Below are positions 31,701 through 40,719 of a stretch of 64,000 nt of DNA, piece after piece. Position 1 is the stretch's first letter. Every line of letters begins with the position of its first letter. The notes beneath the pieces were generated by a model. That model had not been told where the DNA came from. It did no database searches and was given only the letters and a program-made list of their open reading frames with translations. The stretch is from Nitrospira sp. (GTDB lineage: Bacteria; Nitrospirota; Nitrospiria; Nitrospirales; Nitrospiraceae): contig AP038806.1 of assembly GCA_047150005.1 (NCBI GenBank), forward strand, positions 3,520,001 through 3,584,000, in the 5' to 3' direction. The position numbers and the translations under genes were made by a program.

Positions 31701-33038
31701 ATGTCCGACGTCTCCATCGCGCTTCTCATATTCGGCCTCACGTACCTCCTCATTATCACGGAGCGTATCCATAAGACCATCATTGCGCTGTTCGGCGCCA
31801 CCCTGATGATCGCCCTCGGCATCGTCACCCAGGAGGAGGCCTTCTACTCCCATGAGTTCGGGGTCGATTATAACGTCGTCTTTCTCCTGATCGGCATGAT
31901 GGTCATCGTCAATATCGTCCGTGAAACGGGGTTGTTCGAAGTCCTGGCCGTCTGGACGGTGCAATGGTCCGACGCGAAACCCTTTCGGATGCTCCTGTTG
32001 CTGGCCGTCATGACGGCGCTGCTGTCTGCCACGCTGGACAACGTGACAACCGTGCTCCTGATGGCACCCGTCACGCTCTCGATCACGAAGCGCCTCGAAC
32101 TCAACCCTGTGACGTTCCTGATCGTGGAAGCGATGGCGTCGAACATCGGCGGTACCGCCACCCTCGTGGGCGATCCTCCGAACATGATGATCGCCAGCAA
32201 GGCCGGGCTCGGCTACCTGGATTTTCTCGTCCGCTTGGGTCCGATCGCGACCCTCATCATGGCCGCATTTCTCGGGGGCCTCTGGCTGGTCGGCGGCCGG
32301 TCCATGCGGGTCGATCCTCGTCTCAGAGACGCGGCCATGATCCTCCGGACCGACGATGCGATTCAGGACCGCGGCTCGCTGCGCCGGTGCATGTGGCTGT
32401 TGACTGCCGTCAACCTGGCGTTTTGCGCGCACGGTTGGCTGCGGCTGGAGCCGGCGACCATCGCCTTGCTGGGCGCCAGTCTGTTCATGCTGTTTGGACA
32501 CAAACGCGGAACGGGCGGGACCGCGGAAGAGCTGTCCTATCTCGCTGAGGTGGAGTGGAAGACCATCTTTTTTTTCATCGGGTTGTTCATGCTGGTCGGA
32601 GGGCTGGTGAAGGTCGGGGTCATCCGGCAGGCCGCGCAGCTGTTGGTTGCCTATACGAGCGACAATCTGGCCGTAACCACGATGGCGATTCTCTGGGGGT
32701 CGGCGCTGCTCTCGGCCGTCGTCGACAACATTCCCTACGTGGCGGCGATGAACCCACTGATCGTGGACTTGGCGCGATCGCATCATCCGTCCGTGCTTGA
32801 CCAGTCGTCGTTGGTCCTCCAACCTGACATCGTGCCCTTGTGGTGGGCGCTGGCGCTCGGCGCCTGCCTGGGAGGGAACGCTACGATCATCGGCGCGAGC
32901 GCCAATGTCATTGTCGTGGACCTTGCGCGGAAAGCCGGCTACCCCATCTCCTTCTGGCAATTCGCCAAAATGGGCGTGCCGGTCACCATCGGATCGATGC
33001 TACTCAGCTCGCTCTACCTCTGGTGGCTGTTCCTGTGA
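31701..33038 (+). CDS. ArsB/NhaD (IT superfamily) permease
   Basis: LDNVTTVLL, SNIGGTATLVGDPPN, VDNIP, GGNATIIGASAN. Confidence 0.88.
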   Translation: MSDVSIALLIFGLTYLLIITERIHKTIIALFGATLMIALGIVTQEEAFYSHEFGVDYNVVFLLIGMMVIVNIVRETGLFEVLAVWTVQWSDAKPFRMLLLLAVMTALLSATLDNVTTVLLMAPVTLSITKRLELNPVTFLIVEAMASNIGGTATLVGDPPNMMIASKAGLGYLDFLVRLGPIATLIMAAFLGGLWLVGGRSMRVDPRLRDAAMILRTDDAIQDRGSLRRCMWLLTAVNLAFCAHGWLRLEPATIALLGASLFMLFGHKRGTGGTAEELSYLAEVEWKTIFFFIGLFMLVGGLVKVGVIRQAAQLLVAYTSDNLAVTTMAILWGSALLSAVVDNIPYVAAMNPLIVDLARSHHPSVLDQSSLVLQPDIVPLWWALALGACLGGNATIIGASANVIVVDLARKAGYPISFWQFAKMGVPVTIGSMLLSSLYLWWLFL

Positions 33039-33091
33039 CGGCTCCTATCCCGAACAACGACCTCATCGTTCGATCGTCCACCTCCGCTCGG

Positions 33092-33319
33092 TCACGCCGA
33101 CGGGGCGATGGTCCCCCGGCCATAGAGCACCAACCGATCATAGGAGGTCGTGCAGTCAGGACAATAGGTCCGGGACAATAGAATGTCTTCCGCATGGACG
33201 AGATGTCGCTTGGCGTACTCGGTGATTGTGCACCACTCGGGACCGGTGGACTCGACCCGGTGCTCATCCTTCACTTTCCGACAGACCTCACAACAGAACG
33301 CAACGTGGATGTCCGACAT
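33092..33319 (-). CDS. Small Cys-rich (CxxC...CxxC) hypothetical protein
   Basis: GAGGAG RBS, CCEVCRKV...SRTYCPDC. Confidence 0.6.
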   Translation of the reverse strand: MSDIHVAFCCEVCRKVKDEHRVESTGPEWCTITEYAKRHLVHAEDILLSRTYCPDCTTSYDRLVLYGRGTIAPSA

Positions 33320-33432
33320 CGCAATCTCCTCCCCACTTGGGTCATGTGGGATTGATACCCATGGCCTCACCGTCATGGCGTCATCGGTACGATGCCGGCG
33401 GCGGCGAGGGGTAAAACGAGGAAGCGGACGTT

Positions 33433-33720
33433 CTAGACGTCCGGATTCGGGGGACGCAAGAGGGTGCGATCGTCGCCGGTCCGGCGAAACTTCGGGAGAC
33501 GTTCGACCGCCAGGCCGATGATGGCGGGAGGGTGCAATTCAAGGTGGCTGACGGGAAGCGAGAACCCCTCAAAGAGCAAACTCTTGGAAAGGTCCGACTC
33601 AAATTCACAGGCCCAGAGCGTCAAGGTCGTGCCCAAGACCTGCATCAAGACGCAGAGGCACAGGAAGCCGAAGGTCAAAACCGTGAGGAGACGCCGCTGA
33701 GATCCGTGAGTCAGGGGCAT
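33433..33720 (-). CDS. Hypothetical membrane-anchored protein
   Basis: 95 aa, one hydrophobic helix, ends LRPPNP. Confidence 0.45.
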   Translation of the reverse strand: MPLTHGSQRRLLTVLTFGFLCLCVLMQVLGTTLTLWACEFESDLSKSLLFEGFSLPVSHLELHPPAIIGLAVERLPKFRRTGDDRTLLRPPNPDV

Positions 33721-33787
33721 GGAAAGTCCTCAAGAGTGGGGCGCAGTGTAGGGACTTAGCAGTGGTCCTGTCAACGCCCTTGTCGAG

Positions 33788-36037
33788 TTACCCTTCGACC
33801 TTGATCGTGATGGAAGTCGCGGCCCAGTCCGGAGGTGGACCGGCAGAGACGGCCGGCTCCGGCATGACCGCTGCATCCGCCGGCATAGGAAGCTCGGTAT
33901 GCGCGACGGCCGGCACTGTCGCGGCCGGCTCCGGTTGCGGCTCCGCGGCAGCCTGGCCCGGTACGTGGGGCGTCGGGTCATAGACGGCAATGATGCCGCG
34001 CGCCGCTCTCGTCGTCAGACTCTCTCTGATGCCGCCGATCTCAGTGGAGACTGCGCGGGTGCCGACGGTTGGAGAGCGCTTGGCGGCCGCGGCAGCTTGG
34101 ATACTCCTGATCCGCTGGCGAAGCAGTTGGGCCGTGTCGAGATCCGTGCTGCTGAAGACACGGACAGTATCCGTTCCCTTGGGCGGAGCATAGTCCCAGT
34201 AGAATCCGGCATGGTTGCCGTTCTGCAATGAGTCGGGAATCAAGACCGTTTCGCCGGCCCGAACGTGCCCGTCGGTATAGAAGCCTGCCTTGGTGTAGTC
34301 GTTGGGAAACAACAGATTCACGCCGCCCTCTGCGTCTACGTCCACGACCGTCAGGTAAGAGTCCGCGCTGACTTTGATCTCGAGTTGAAGACTGTTCTCA
34401 GATGTGCGGGGTTTGCCGGATTTTCTGATGCGATATTTGGCCGGCTGCGTATTGGCCGCGACGACGGCGATGCCGCGTGTACCGATGGAGGGCTTTGCCG
34501 GCACCGGCGCATTGGCGACCCGTACGTCGATGCGCAATTGAGATGAGGGATTGTCGAGCGTGAGCAGTTCCGAGGCGGTGGCGGAGCGAGACACGACCAT
34601 CGCCAGACCGGCGCCCCAGTTATCGCCGTCACCGCCGAACGAACCGACCAATTGCAGCCCGTCGGCCGCGAAGAGCTTCACCTCGTTGTCCTGAGCCTGG
34701 ACCAGATAGCGGGGGGACTGATCCGGTCCCACGATCGCGACGTGGGGAATGTATTTCGCCAGGACATCCTCGATGTGCTTGCGCTTGCCGTCGGTCGCGT
34801 CGAGGACTTGAATGGGAATCCTGTCGCCAGTCGGAGCGGGCAGAAACGCCACGGCGCGTGCATGATCCGGAATCCTCCTGTCGGCCGGTTGAAATGTGGC
34901 CTTGGCGTCTTGCCCCGCCAGCTGGATGACCGTCGCGATCGCGATGGCGCGCCCTGGGGCAAATGCCGTGTCTCCCGGCGGATAGACAGCCCAGGTCGAT
35001 CCGGGCACGGCGCCGAGCAATAGTCCGTTGATCAATGTCATCGACCCGGCTTCGCCCGGCTTGACCTCGACCCAGGCCAAACGCGGATTCGAGCCGCCGG
35101 CGGCGAAAGTTCCCGGCGCGCCGGAGGAGCCCAACAGCGGGGTTTCCAGCAGATCCGGCGGCGCTTCAAGTTGGGGTTCGGGCATCGAGGCGCGGCCGAA
35201 ATGCAGTTGAATGCGCTTGAGTTCGGCTTCGACTCCGCGAAAGACTTCTCGCGGCGACGCGGAGGACGGCGCCGAGCGAAGGCTTCGCGACAGGGCATAG
35301 GAGAAAAAGCCGTGATACCGTCCCTCCACCGGACCGTCCAGCGCCTCCTGGTGCGAAGCGGCGCCTGTCATGAGCACGTAGCGCGCGGGCAGCGTCTGAA
35401 TGCCGCCCCTGGTCCTCACCTCCGATCCGGGAGCCGGCCGGTAGAGGTCGAGTCGGGTGTCTTGAGGAATGGACCGGGTTCGGATGTCGAGCGAGCGGGT
35501 CGCCGTACCGGAATGGCAGGAGTCGAGCACGATGAAGGCGCGGCTGGTCGGCAGACGTGTGAAAATGGCCTCCAGTTCGTCATCCGTAATGTCGGGAATC
35601 GTGCCGCTCCGTCCGTCCTGTGGGACGAGGGTTTCGTCGAGATTGTCCTCGGGCTCATCGCCGTTGAGATCCGCCACCTGCGAGCCGTGTCCGGAATAGT
35701 GGATGTACACCATGTCTTGCGGCCCGGTTTCGCCGACGAACTGATTGAGCGCCGCCAAGATGCCCGCGCGCGTAGCCTGTTCGTCGGTGAGCAGGCGGAT
35801 GTGATGTTCCGCGAAGCCCCATCGGGTGATGAGGATCTGTTTCATCGTGTCGATATCGTTCAACGAGCCTTGCAGTTTGGGTACGGCCCGGTACTTGTTG
35901 ATGCCGATCAGCAGCGCCCGCTTCGTGCCGCCGCCTGTTCCTCCTGCGGCCTGGCCCGCAGCGTGATCGTGAAGCGCGCACGCCCAGAGCATGAGGAGGG
36001 CGGCCAAGAAGACGCTGGAGCAGGACGGAGCCTTCAT
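33788..36037 (-). CDS. Exported caspase-family (peptidase C14) protease with C-terminal DUF4384-like domain
   Basis: Signal peptide; KRALLIGIN.Y, LQGSLND, catalytic YSGHG and LDSCHSG; DUF4384 pattern DSYLTVVDVDAEGGVNLLFPN...PPKGTDTV. Confidence 0.9.
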   Translation of the reverse strand: MKAPSCSSVFLAALLMLWACALHDHAAGQAAGGTGGGTKRALLIGINKYRAVPKLQGSLNDIDTMKQILITRWGFAEHHIRLLTDEQATRAGILAALNQFVGETGPQDMVYIHYSGHGSQVADLNGDEPEDNLDETLVPQDGRSGTIPDITDDELEAIFTRLPTSRAFIVLDSCHSGTATRSLDIRTRSIPQDTRLDLYRPAPGSEVRTRGGIQTLPARYVLMTGAASHQEALDGPVEGRYHGFFSYALSRSLRSAPSSASPREVFRGVEAELKRIQLHFGRASMPEPQLEAPPDLLETPLLGSSGAPGTFAAGGSNPRLAWVEVKPGEAGSMTLINGLLLGAVPGSTWAVYPPGDTAFAPGRAIAIATVIQLAGQDAKATFQPADRRIPDHARAVAFLPAPTGDRIPIQVLDATDGKRKHIEDVLAKYIPHVAIVGPDQSPRYLVQAQDNEVKLFAADGLQLVGSFGGDGDNWGAGLAMVVSRSATASELLTLDNPSSQLRIDVRVANAPVPAKPSIGTRGIAVVAANTQPAKYRIRKSGKPRTSENSLQLEIKVSADSYLTVVDVDAEGGVNLLFPNDYTKAGFYTDGHVRAGETVLIPDSLQNGNHAGFYWDYAPPKGTDTVRVFSSTDLDTAQLLRQRIRSIQAAAAAKRSPTVGTRAVSTEIGGIRESLTTRAARGIIAVYDPTPHVPGQAAAEPQPEPAATVPAVAHTELPMPADAAVMPEPAVSAGPPPDWAATSITIKVEG

Positions 36038-36121
36038 GAGATCACCTTTCGGGCCTCTTCAGACAAGGCCGGTTCACGAATGCCTTTCCTTCGCGCCATG
36101 TCGCGACTCCTCTGATCGTTT

Positions 36122-36147
36122 GTCGTTCGCATGCGTGAAGCGGTTCA
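36122..36147 (-). promoter_or_regulatory. Candidate ECF promoter TGAACC-N16-CGAC upstream of the caspase gene
   Basis: Exact motif, shared with four other intergenic sites in this locus. Confidence 0.7.
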
Positions 36148-36822
36148 CGGCCCAACGGCGTCGGCATGCAGGACGACGCGGTCTTGCCCCCGGAGCATGT
36201 TCAGGATCTGACGGGACGTTGCAGGATCCGCCGCCTTGACTTCGAGCACATAGGAGCCTCCGGCAGTGGGACCGTCGACGATACGCCCGTGGACTCGGTC
36301 GACGACCTCGCGGATTTGCGCCTCGGTCGCCTGGTCATGAAAACGAACGGTAAACCGCGCGGCGGGGCTGTCGATCGATCTGGTGCTCACCGGATCCCGA
36401 TCCACCGGCATCGTCACCCAGAGTAGCAACCCGAACTGCACGGCCAGCAGAACCGTCGCCATGGAAGGAACCCACGGAACATCGAAGAGCGAGCGGAACC
36501 AGCGATCGAGGGACGCGAGGCCGCTGCCTTCGCGATCGGCGTTGCGTGCGGAGAGGCGTGTTTCCGACGCCACGTTGGACAGCACGGTTTTGGCCAACGA
36601 CGGCCTCGGTTCCGGCTGGGCTGCGTACGCCTCGTGAAGAGTCCGCCGCAGGTCCGCCCATTCGCTCAGTTCTCTCCGGCAATCCAGACAGGATTCCAAA
36701 TGGCGGGCGACCAAACGACGCTCTTCTTCTCCCAACGTTTCGTTGGCGTACCAGGGGAGCAGGGTCGCTTCCGGATGGACTCCGGCCGGGATGTGTTCCG
36801 GCTCGTTCATACGCCCGTTCAT
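36145..36822 (-). CDS. zf-HC2 (ZAS) transmembrane anti-sigma factor
   Basis: LLPWY...HLESCLDC, TM helix, small periplasmic domain; overlaps the sigma stop codon. Confidence 0.85.
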   Translation of the reverse strand: MNGRMNEPEHIPAGVHPEATLLPWYANETLGEEERRLVARHLESCLDCRRELSEWADLRRTLHEAYAAQPEPRPSLAKTVLSNVASETRLSARNADREGSGLASLDRWFRSLFDVPWVPSMATVLLAVQFGLLLWVTMPVDRDPVSTRSIDSPAARFTVRFHDQATEAQIREVVDRVHGRIVDGPTAGGSYVLEVKAADPATSRQILNMLRGQDRVVLHADAVGP

Positions 36823-37406
36823 ACGATGGGTGCCTTCTGGTTCAGCCGATCCAGCGCTCGTTTGAGATGCTGCTTGGCGTAGAAGACTCGAGTCTTGACG
36901 GTGTTGGACGGGATACCCAACATCGTCGCGATCTCGTCGTAGGGCAGTTCCTCATAGAAGACCAGGCGCAAGACTTCCTGATGCTCGCGCGACAGCGCAG
37001 CCAGCGCCCGCTTCGTCAAAGCCTCGACTTGTTGTCGGTGGATCCCTTCCAGGGGACCGTCGCAGGTGTTCGGAAGTTCGGCGACCTCGTCGAGATCGAC
37101 TTCGCGCTGCCGGCGTCCGGTCCGTCGCAGGGCGTCCAGCGACTTGTGGCGCGCGATACCGAAGATCCAGGTGGAGAGGCGTGACGTACCGGAAAAGGTT
37201 CCGGCGCCCCGCCAGATGGCGATCATGGTTTCCCCGACCACGTCCTCGGCGACCGTCTGGTCGTTGACGAGGCTGTACACGTATTGGTACAGGCGCTTCT
37301 CATACAGATGGTAGAGACGTTCAAAGGCGGCTTGTTCGCCGGCTGCCACGGCACCAAGGAGGTCACTCTCCGAATCCTCACGGTCGTGAGTCGTGTCCAT
37401 GGCCAC
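36819..37406 (-). CDS. ECF RNA polymerase sigma factor
   Basis: AEDVV.ET, STWIFGIARHK, LPYDEIA.MLGIPSNTVKTRVFYAK. Confidence 0.92.
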   Translation of the reverse strand: MAMDTTHDREDSESDLLGAVAAGEQAAFERLYHLYEKRLYQYVYSLVNDQTVAEDVVGETMIAIWRGAGTFSGTSRLSTWIFGIARHKSLDALRRTGRRQREVDLDEVAELPNTCDGPLEGIHRQQVEALTKRALAALSREHQEVLRLVFYEELPYDEIATMLGIPSNTVKTRVFYAKQHLKRALDRLNQKAPIV

Positions 37407-37490
37407 CCAAGTTCAGTCTGCCGTCTGTATCGCCCGGGAGGCCTTTGCTGTAGCATATTTGCCTTGGCCCCTCAATAGGACAGCCTTTGA

Positions 37491-37519
37491 TTGACCAGTC
37501 TTCCAGGGCGGTCTACAAT
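37491..37519 (+). promoter_or_regulatory. Sigma70-like promoter upstream of the DUF4384 lipoprotein gene
   Basis: TTGACC-N17-TACAAT. Confidence 0.55.
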
Positions 37520-37523
37520 GCGC

Positions 37524-37549
37524 TGAACCTTTTGCTGTATCGTCGCGAC
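37524..37549 (+). promoter_or_regulatory. Candidate ECF promoter TGAACC-N16-CGAC
   Basis: Exact motif ending about 30 nt before the GTG start at 37578. Confidence 0.7.
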
Positions 37550-37577
37550 GTACGGAACAGCATAGGGGAAATCAGAC

Positions 37578-39173
37578 GTGGTGAAACAATACTGGCAGGG
37601 CATGCGAGAGGCTGGAACGGGACGGGGAGTCGGACTTGCCCTGCTCGGACCGCTTGTCCTCAGCTCTTGTGCCGCCGCCCCGTTTCTGATTCCGATTGCC
37701 TTCGAATTTGCCAAGAATCTCTTCCAGACCGGCCTGCAGAACTACGGATCCAAGCATCGCGATAACCTGAGTAATCTGGTCAATCGGCTCTCCAGCCCCT
37801 ATATGCAGGGACTCCCTCCCATGGCGATGGGAGGACCGGGATTGCCCGGTCAACCGGGCCAACTCGGGCAGCCCGGCGTTGGAATGCCACCAGGCTTTCC
37901 AGGACAACCGGGAATGCCGCCACCTCAGTACCCGGGACAGGCAGCCTATCCGGGACAAATGGGAGGCTATGATCCAAACAGCGCGGGCATGACCTCCTCC
38001 GGTGCCGCCGCCTATCCCGGATCACCGACTAATCCCTATGGAGGCGCGCAGAGTCTTCCGGGTCAACCGGGAATGAATCCGTTCGATCCGAGCAATCCAT
38101 ATGGAACCGCCGCGGCGAATCCTTACGGGCAACAGACCAATCCGTACGGGACTGCTTCCCCCTATGGCCAGCAGATGAATCCATATGGGACGACGGGAGC
38201 GAATCCCTACGGCACACAGAATCCCTATGGTTCCCCGAATCCCTACGGACAGCCCACGAACCCCTACGGAACGGCGAATCCCTATGGAGCCCCTCCCGCT
38301 CAGATGCAACCGGGCTACGATCCGAACAATCCATATGGAGCAGGTGGAGCGATGCAGGGCTATGGCCAGATTCAACAAGGCTATGGCCAGGTCCAGCAAG
38401 GCTATGGCCAGGTTCAGCAAGGTTACGGACAAGCTCAGCCGGGCTACGGCCAAGTTCCGCAGGGATATGGTGCAACCTCAGCTTATGGAACGCAGCAGCA
38501 AGCCTACGCCAACTACGGAATGTCCGGCCAATCGTATGGAGGCCAGCCGTACGGAGCGGCCGGCATCTATCCTCGATCAGTGGACGGCGAACCGGTCGCC
38601 GTTGATGTGGCGCTGGTCAGACAGAAGCAGACGGCCGGCGGCAAAGAAGTCGTCTTGATGAACGACGGGGAAACCCTCAAGGACGGCGGAGCCAACAAGG
38701 AAGCAGGCGACCGCTTCAAGATCGTCGCGCGTACCAACTGCGATTGCTATCTCTACATCATTTCCATCGACGGATCCGGCTGGGCCGAAACGGTCTTCCC
38801 GGCCAAGGGCGCCGCGACAGCCAATCCCGTCAAGCAGGACCAGGAGTACGGCTTCCCCGAATCGACTTACTGGTACACCTTGGACCAGGTGAAGGGGATC
38901 GAAACGTTCTTTGTCGTCGCGTCACGGAACCGCCGAACAGACTTGGAAGAAAGCATGGAGCAACTGGCCGCGGAGGTTCGGCCGTCGACTCCGATCGTGG
39001 CGAAGGTCGAGGAACCTCCCATTATTCCGCGCGGCGTCGGTTCCGTCCAGACTCGCGGCATCGTGAAGATCCAGGACGACACCGGCACGAAGGTCCAGGT
39101 CACGCCGCTCTCCTACGCGGCGAACCCGCCTACCCAAGATGTGACGGTCACGCGGTGGTTCAAGCACGAATAG
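37578..39173 (+). CDS. Lipoprotein with P/G/Q/Y/N low-complexity repeats and C-terminal DUF4384-like domain
   Basis: Lipobox-like LSSC; NPYG and QGYGQ repeats; [19 protein letters not shown]...FP...[10 protein letters not shown]. Confidence 0.8.
   Translation: MVKQYWQGMREAGTGRGVGLALLGPLVLSSCAAAPFLIPIAFEFAKNLFQTGLQNYGSKHRDNLSNLVNRLSSPYMQGLPPMAMGGPGLPGQPGQLGQPGVGMPPGFPGQPGMPPPQYPGQAAYPGQMGGYDPNSAGMTSSGAAAYPGSPTNPYGGAQSLPGQPGMNPFDPSNPYGTAAANPYGQQTNPYGTASPYGQQMNPYGTTGANPYGTQNPYGSPNPYGQPTNPYGTANPYGAPPAQMQPGYDPNNPYGAGGAMQGYGQIQQGYGQVQQGYGQVQQGYGQAQPGYGQVPQGYGATSAYGTQQQAYANYGMSGQSYGGQPYGAAGIYPRSVDGEPVAVDVALVRQKQTAGGKEVVLMNDGETLKDGGANKEAGDRFKIVARTNCDCYLYIISIDGSGWAETVFPAKGAATANPVKQDQEYGFPESTYWYTLDQVKGIETFFVVASRNRRTDLEESMEQLAAEVRPSTPIVAKVEEPPIIPRGVGSVQTRGIVKIQDDTGTKVQVTPLSYAANPPTQDVTVTRWFKHE
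38355..38471 (+). repeat. 21-bp / 7-aa tandem repeat (QGYGQ[IVA][QP]), about 5.5 copies
   Basis: Repeated CAAGGCTATGGCCAG-type units. Confidence 0.85.
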
Positions 39174-39182
39174 CAGGATAAT

Positions 39183-40079
39183 ATGCTTCACCTGGCATTA
39201 CGGCGCGGGGCGGCCTTGGCGGTTGCGGGACTTTGCCTGAACGTATTCTTGATGTCCTTAGAAGTCCCAGCTCAGGTGTTTCCACCTCGTCAACCGCAGC
39301 CGCCCGCTCCGGCGCCGCGCCCTCCGACTCAAATGCCCGGTCAGGCGGCCATGCCTCCGCAACCGGGCGCCCTGACGAGAAACATTCCCCTCACGGCGAT
39401 TCTCGGTGATCCGACCAAGTCGTTCATCCAGCTCACCAACATGCGGAGCCCCTTCGACACGAATTTCGCCCTGGGCCGTGGACTGACCGGACGGATTACC
39501 TTGGAGAAGTACACGTATGAAGCCGGCAACGGCCAGAAGGTGTTTGTGCACGTCACAGGAGTCTCCAATCCCCCCATGGTGACGTTGGAGGGACAGGAGA
39601 TTCGCTACCAATTTCTCTTCCCGGTCATCCAGTTGAAAACCTATTACAAAGACTATTCCGGCGAGGGGGATACGGCCCTCAGCGATCTGGTCGCGGAAAA
39701 AGTCGTGGTCGACGTCTTTCTCACCCCGACCATCGACCAGCGGCGTCTGCCCACCTATCATTCCGTGCGCATTGCCGTGATCGGAGCCGTCAAGGAGGCG
39801 GACAAGTGCACGCACTTTTTCGACATGATCTTTCCGGTCAATATCTGCAAGATCGGAGCGGAGTATTTCAAACAGATTCAACCGGCCCTTGAGAATGGTA
39901 TGAGGGAAGTCTTGCTCCAGCCGCCGACACGCATGCAGTTCGAACAGCAAATCTACCAATTCATCCGCGCGGAACTCTTGTCGAAGGCCGGCATCAACCC
40001 GATGAGCCCGGCGCAAGTCGAGATCCTGCAAGGGGAGTTTCGAGGAGCGGATTACGTCGCAAGCTACCAGCCTCGCTAA
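39183..40079 (+). CDS. Hypothetical exported protein
   Basis: Signal peptide, Pro-rich linker, globular domain; 10 nt after the DUF4384 gene. Confidence 0.7.
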   Translation: MLHLALRRGAALAVAGLCLNVFLMSLEVPAQVFPPRQPQPPAPAPRPPTQMPGQAAMPPQPGALTRNIPLTAILGDPTKSFIQLTNMRSPFDTNFALGRGLTGRITLEKYTYEAGNGQKVFVHVTGVSNPPMVTLEGQEIRYQFLFPVIQLKTYYKDYSGEGDTALSDLVAEKVVVDVFLTPTIDQRRLPTYHSVRIAVIGAVKEADKCTHFFDMIFPVNICKIGAEYFKQIQPALENGMREVLLQPPTRMQFEQQIYQFIRAELLSKAGINPMSPAQVEILQGEFRGADYVASYQPR

Positions 40080-40102
40080 CGCAGCTAAACTCCTCCCATC
40101 CC

Positions 40103-40663
40103 TCAGTTCCCAAAGAGGTTCGGACTTCCGGTCAACACCTGGCCGTTGCCGACGGCGCTTCCTACCGCGGCAAGCGGTTTGGTGCCGTCGTTGAGCCGCA
40201 TGGTGGCTCCTTTTGCACTCAGAGTGCCTTTCGCCTCGACGGTCATCCCAGCGGCCGTGTGAATCGTGGCGTTTCCGCCGCTCCTCAGGGCCATGGTCGC
40301 GCCGGATTCAATGTTCGTGTCCGTCCCGCTCCTTACGGCGATCGATCCGGCCGACTGGATCATCGTGCCGCCCGCGCTCACGAAGGACAACGCCGGCGCT
40401 TGAATGACGGTTCCATTCGGTGAGACGTGGACGACCGATTGGATCGCAGCCAGCTGCAGCTGTAATGACTGGATCTGCTGCTGAAGCGCGGCGAGCTGCT
40501 GCTCGACCGTCATGGCCGGAATGGAGGTTGTCGGCGCGCGAAAACCCGGCTGCTGAGGACTCGTCGGTCCGGGCACCGCCCGCTCGGTGACATCATCGGC
40601 CGCGACGATCCCGCAGGGCCCAAGTGTAAGCGTCAGCAGCATGACTCTACCCAGAATCTTCAT
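40103..40663 (-). CDS. Exported protein resembling the C-terminal beta-helix of phage/CIS spikes (gp5/gpV/VgrG type)
   Basis: Signal peptide, heptad coiled coil, about 8-residue beta-repeats (TMIQSAGS IAVRSGTD TNIESGAT MALRSGGN ATIHTAAG MTVEAKGT LSAKGAT), tip KPLAAVGS...GQVLTGS. Confidence 0.6.
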   Translation of the reverse strand: MKILGRVMLLTLTLGPCGIVAADDVTERAVPGPTSPQQPGFRAPTTSIPAMTVEQQLAALQQQIQSLQLQLAAIQSVVHVSPNGTVIQAPALSFVSAGGTMIQSAGSIAVRSGTDTNIESGATMALRSGGNATIHTAAGMTVEAKGTLSAKGATMRLNDGTKPLAAVGSAVGNGQVLTGSPNLFGN

Positions 40664-40719
40664 GTGCTCCCCCTCGGCAAAGGTTTGAGTGACAGCCGAA
40701 CATGGGCCATGCCGAACGG

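Noticed and set aside
31682..31709. TGAACC...CGAC upstream of the ArsB/NhaD permease
   Set aside because: The spacer is 18 nt and the CGAC lies inside the coding start.
37390..37415. TGAACT-N16-CGAC as the sigma autoregulatory promoter
   Set aside because: One mismatch, and it overlaps the likely start codon of the sigma gene; plausible only if the true start is further downstream.
38030..38471. Short periodic DNA repeats as a possible CRISPR array
   Set aside because: The units are in-frame coding repeats (NPYG, QGYGQ) that vary at synonymous positions; there are no unique spacers and no cas genes.
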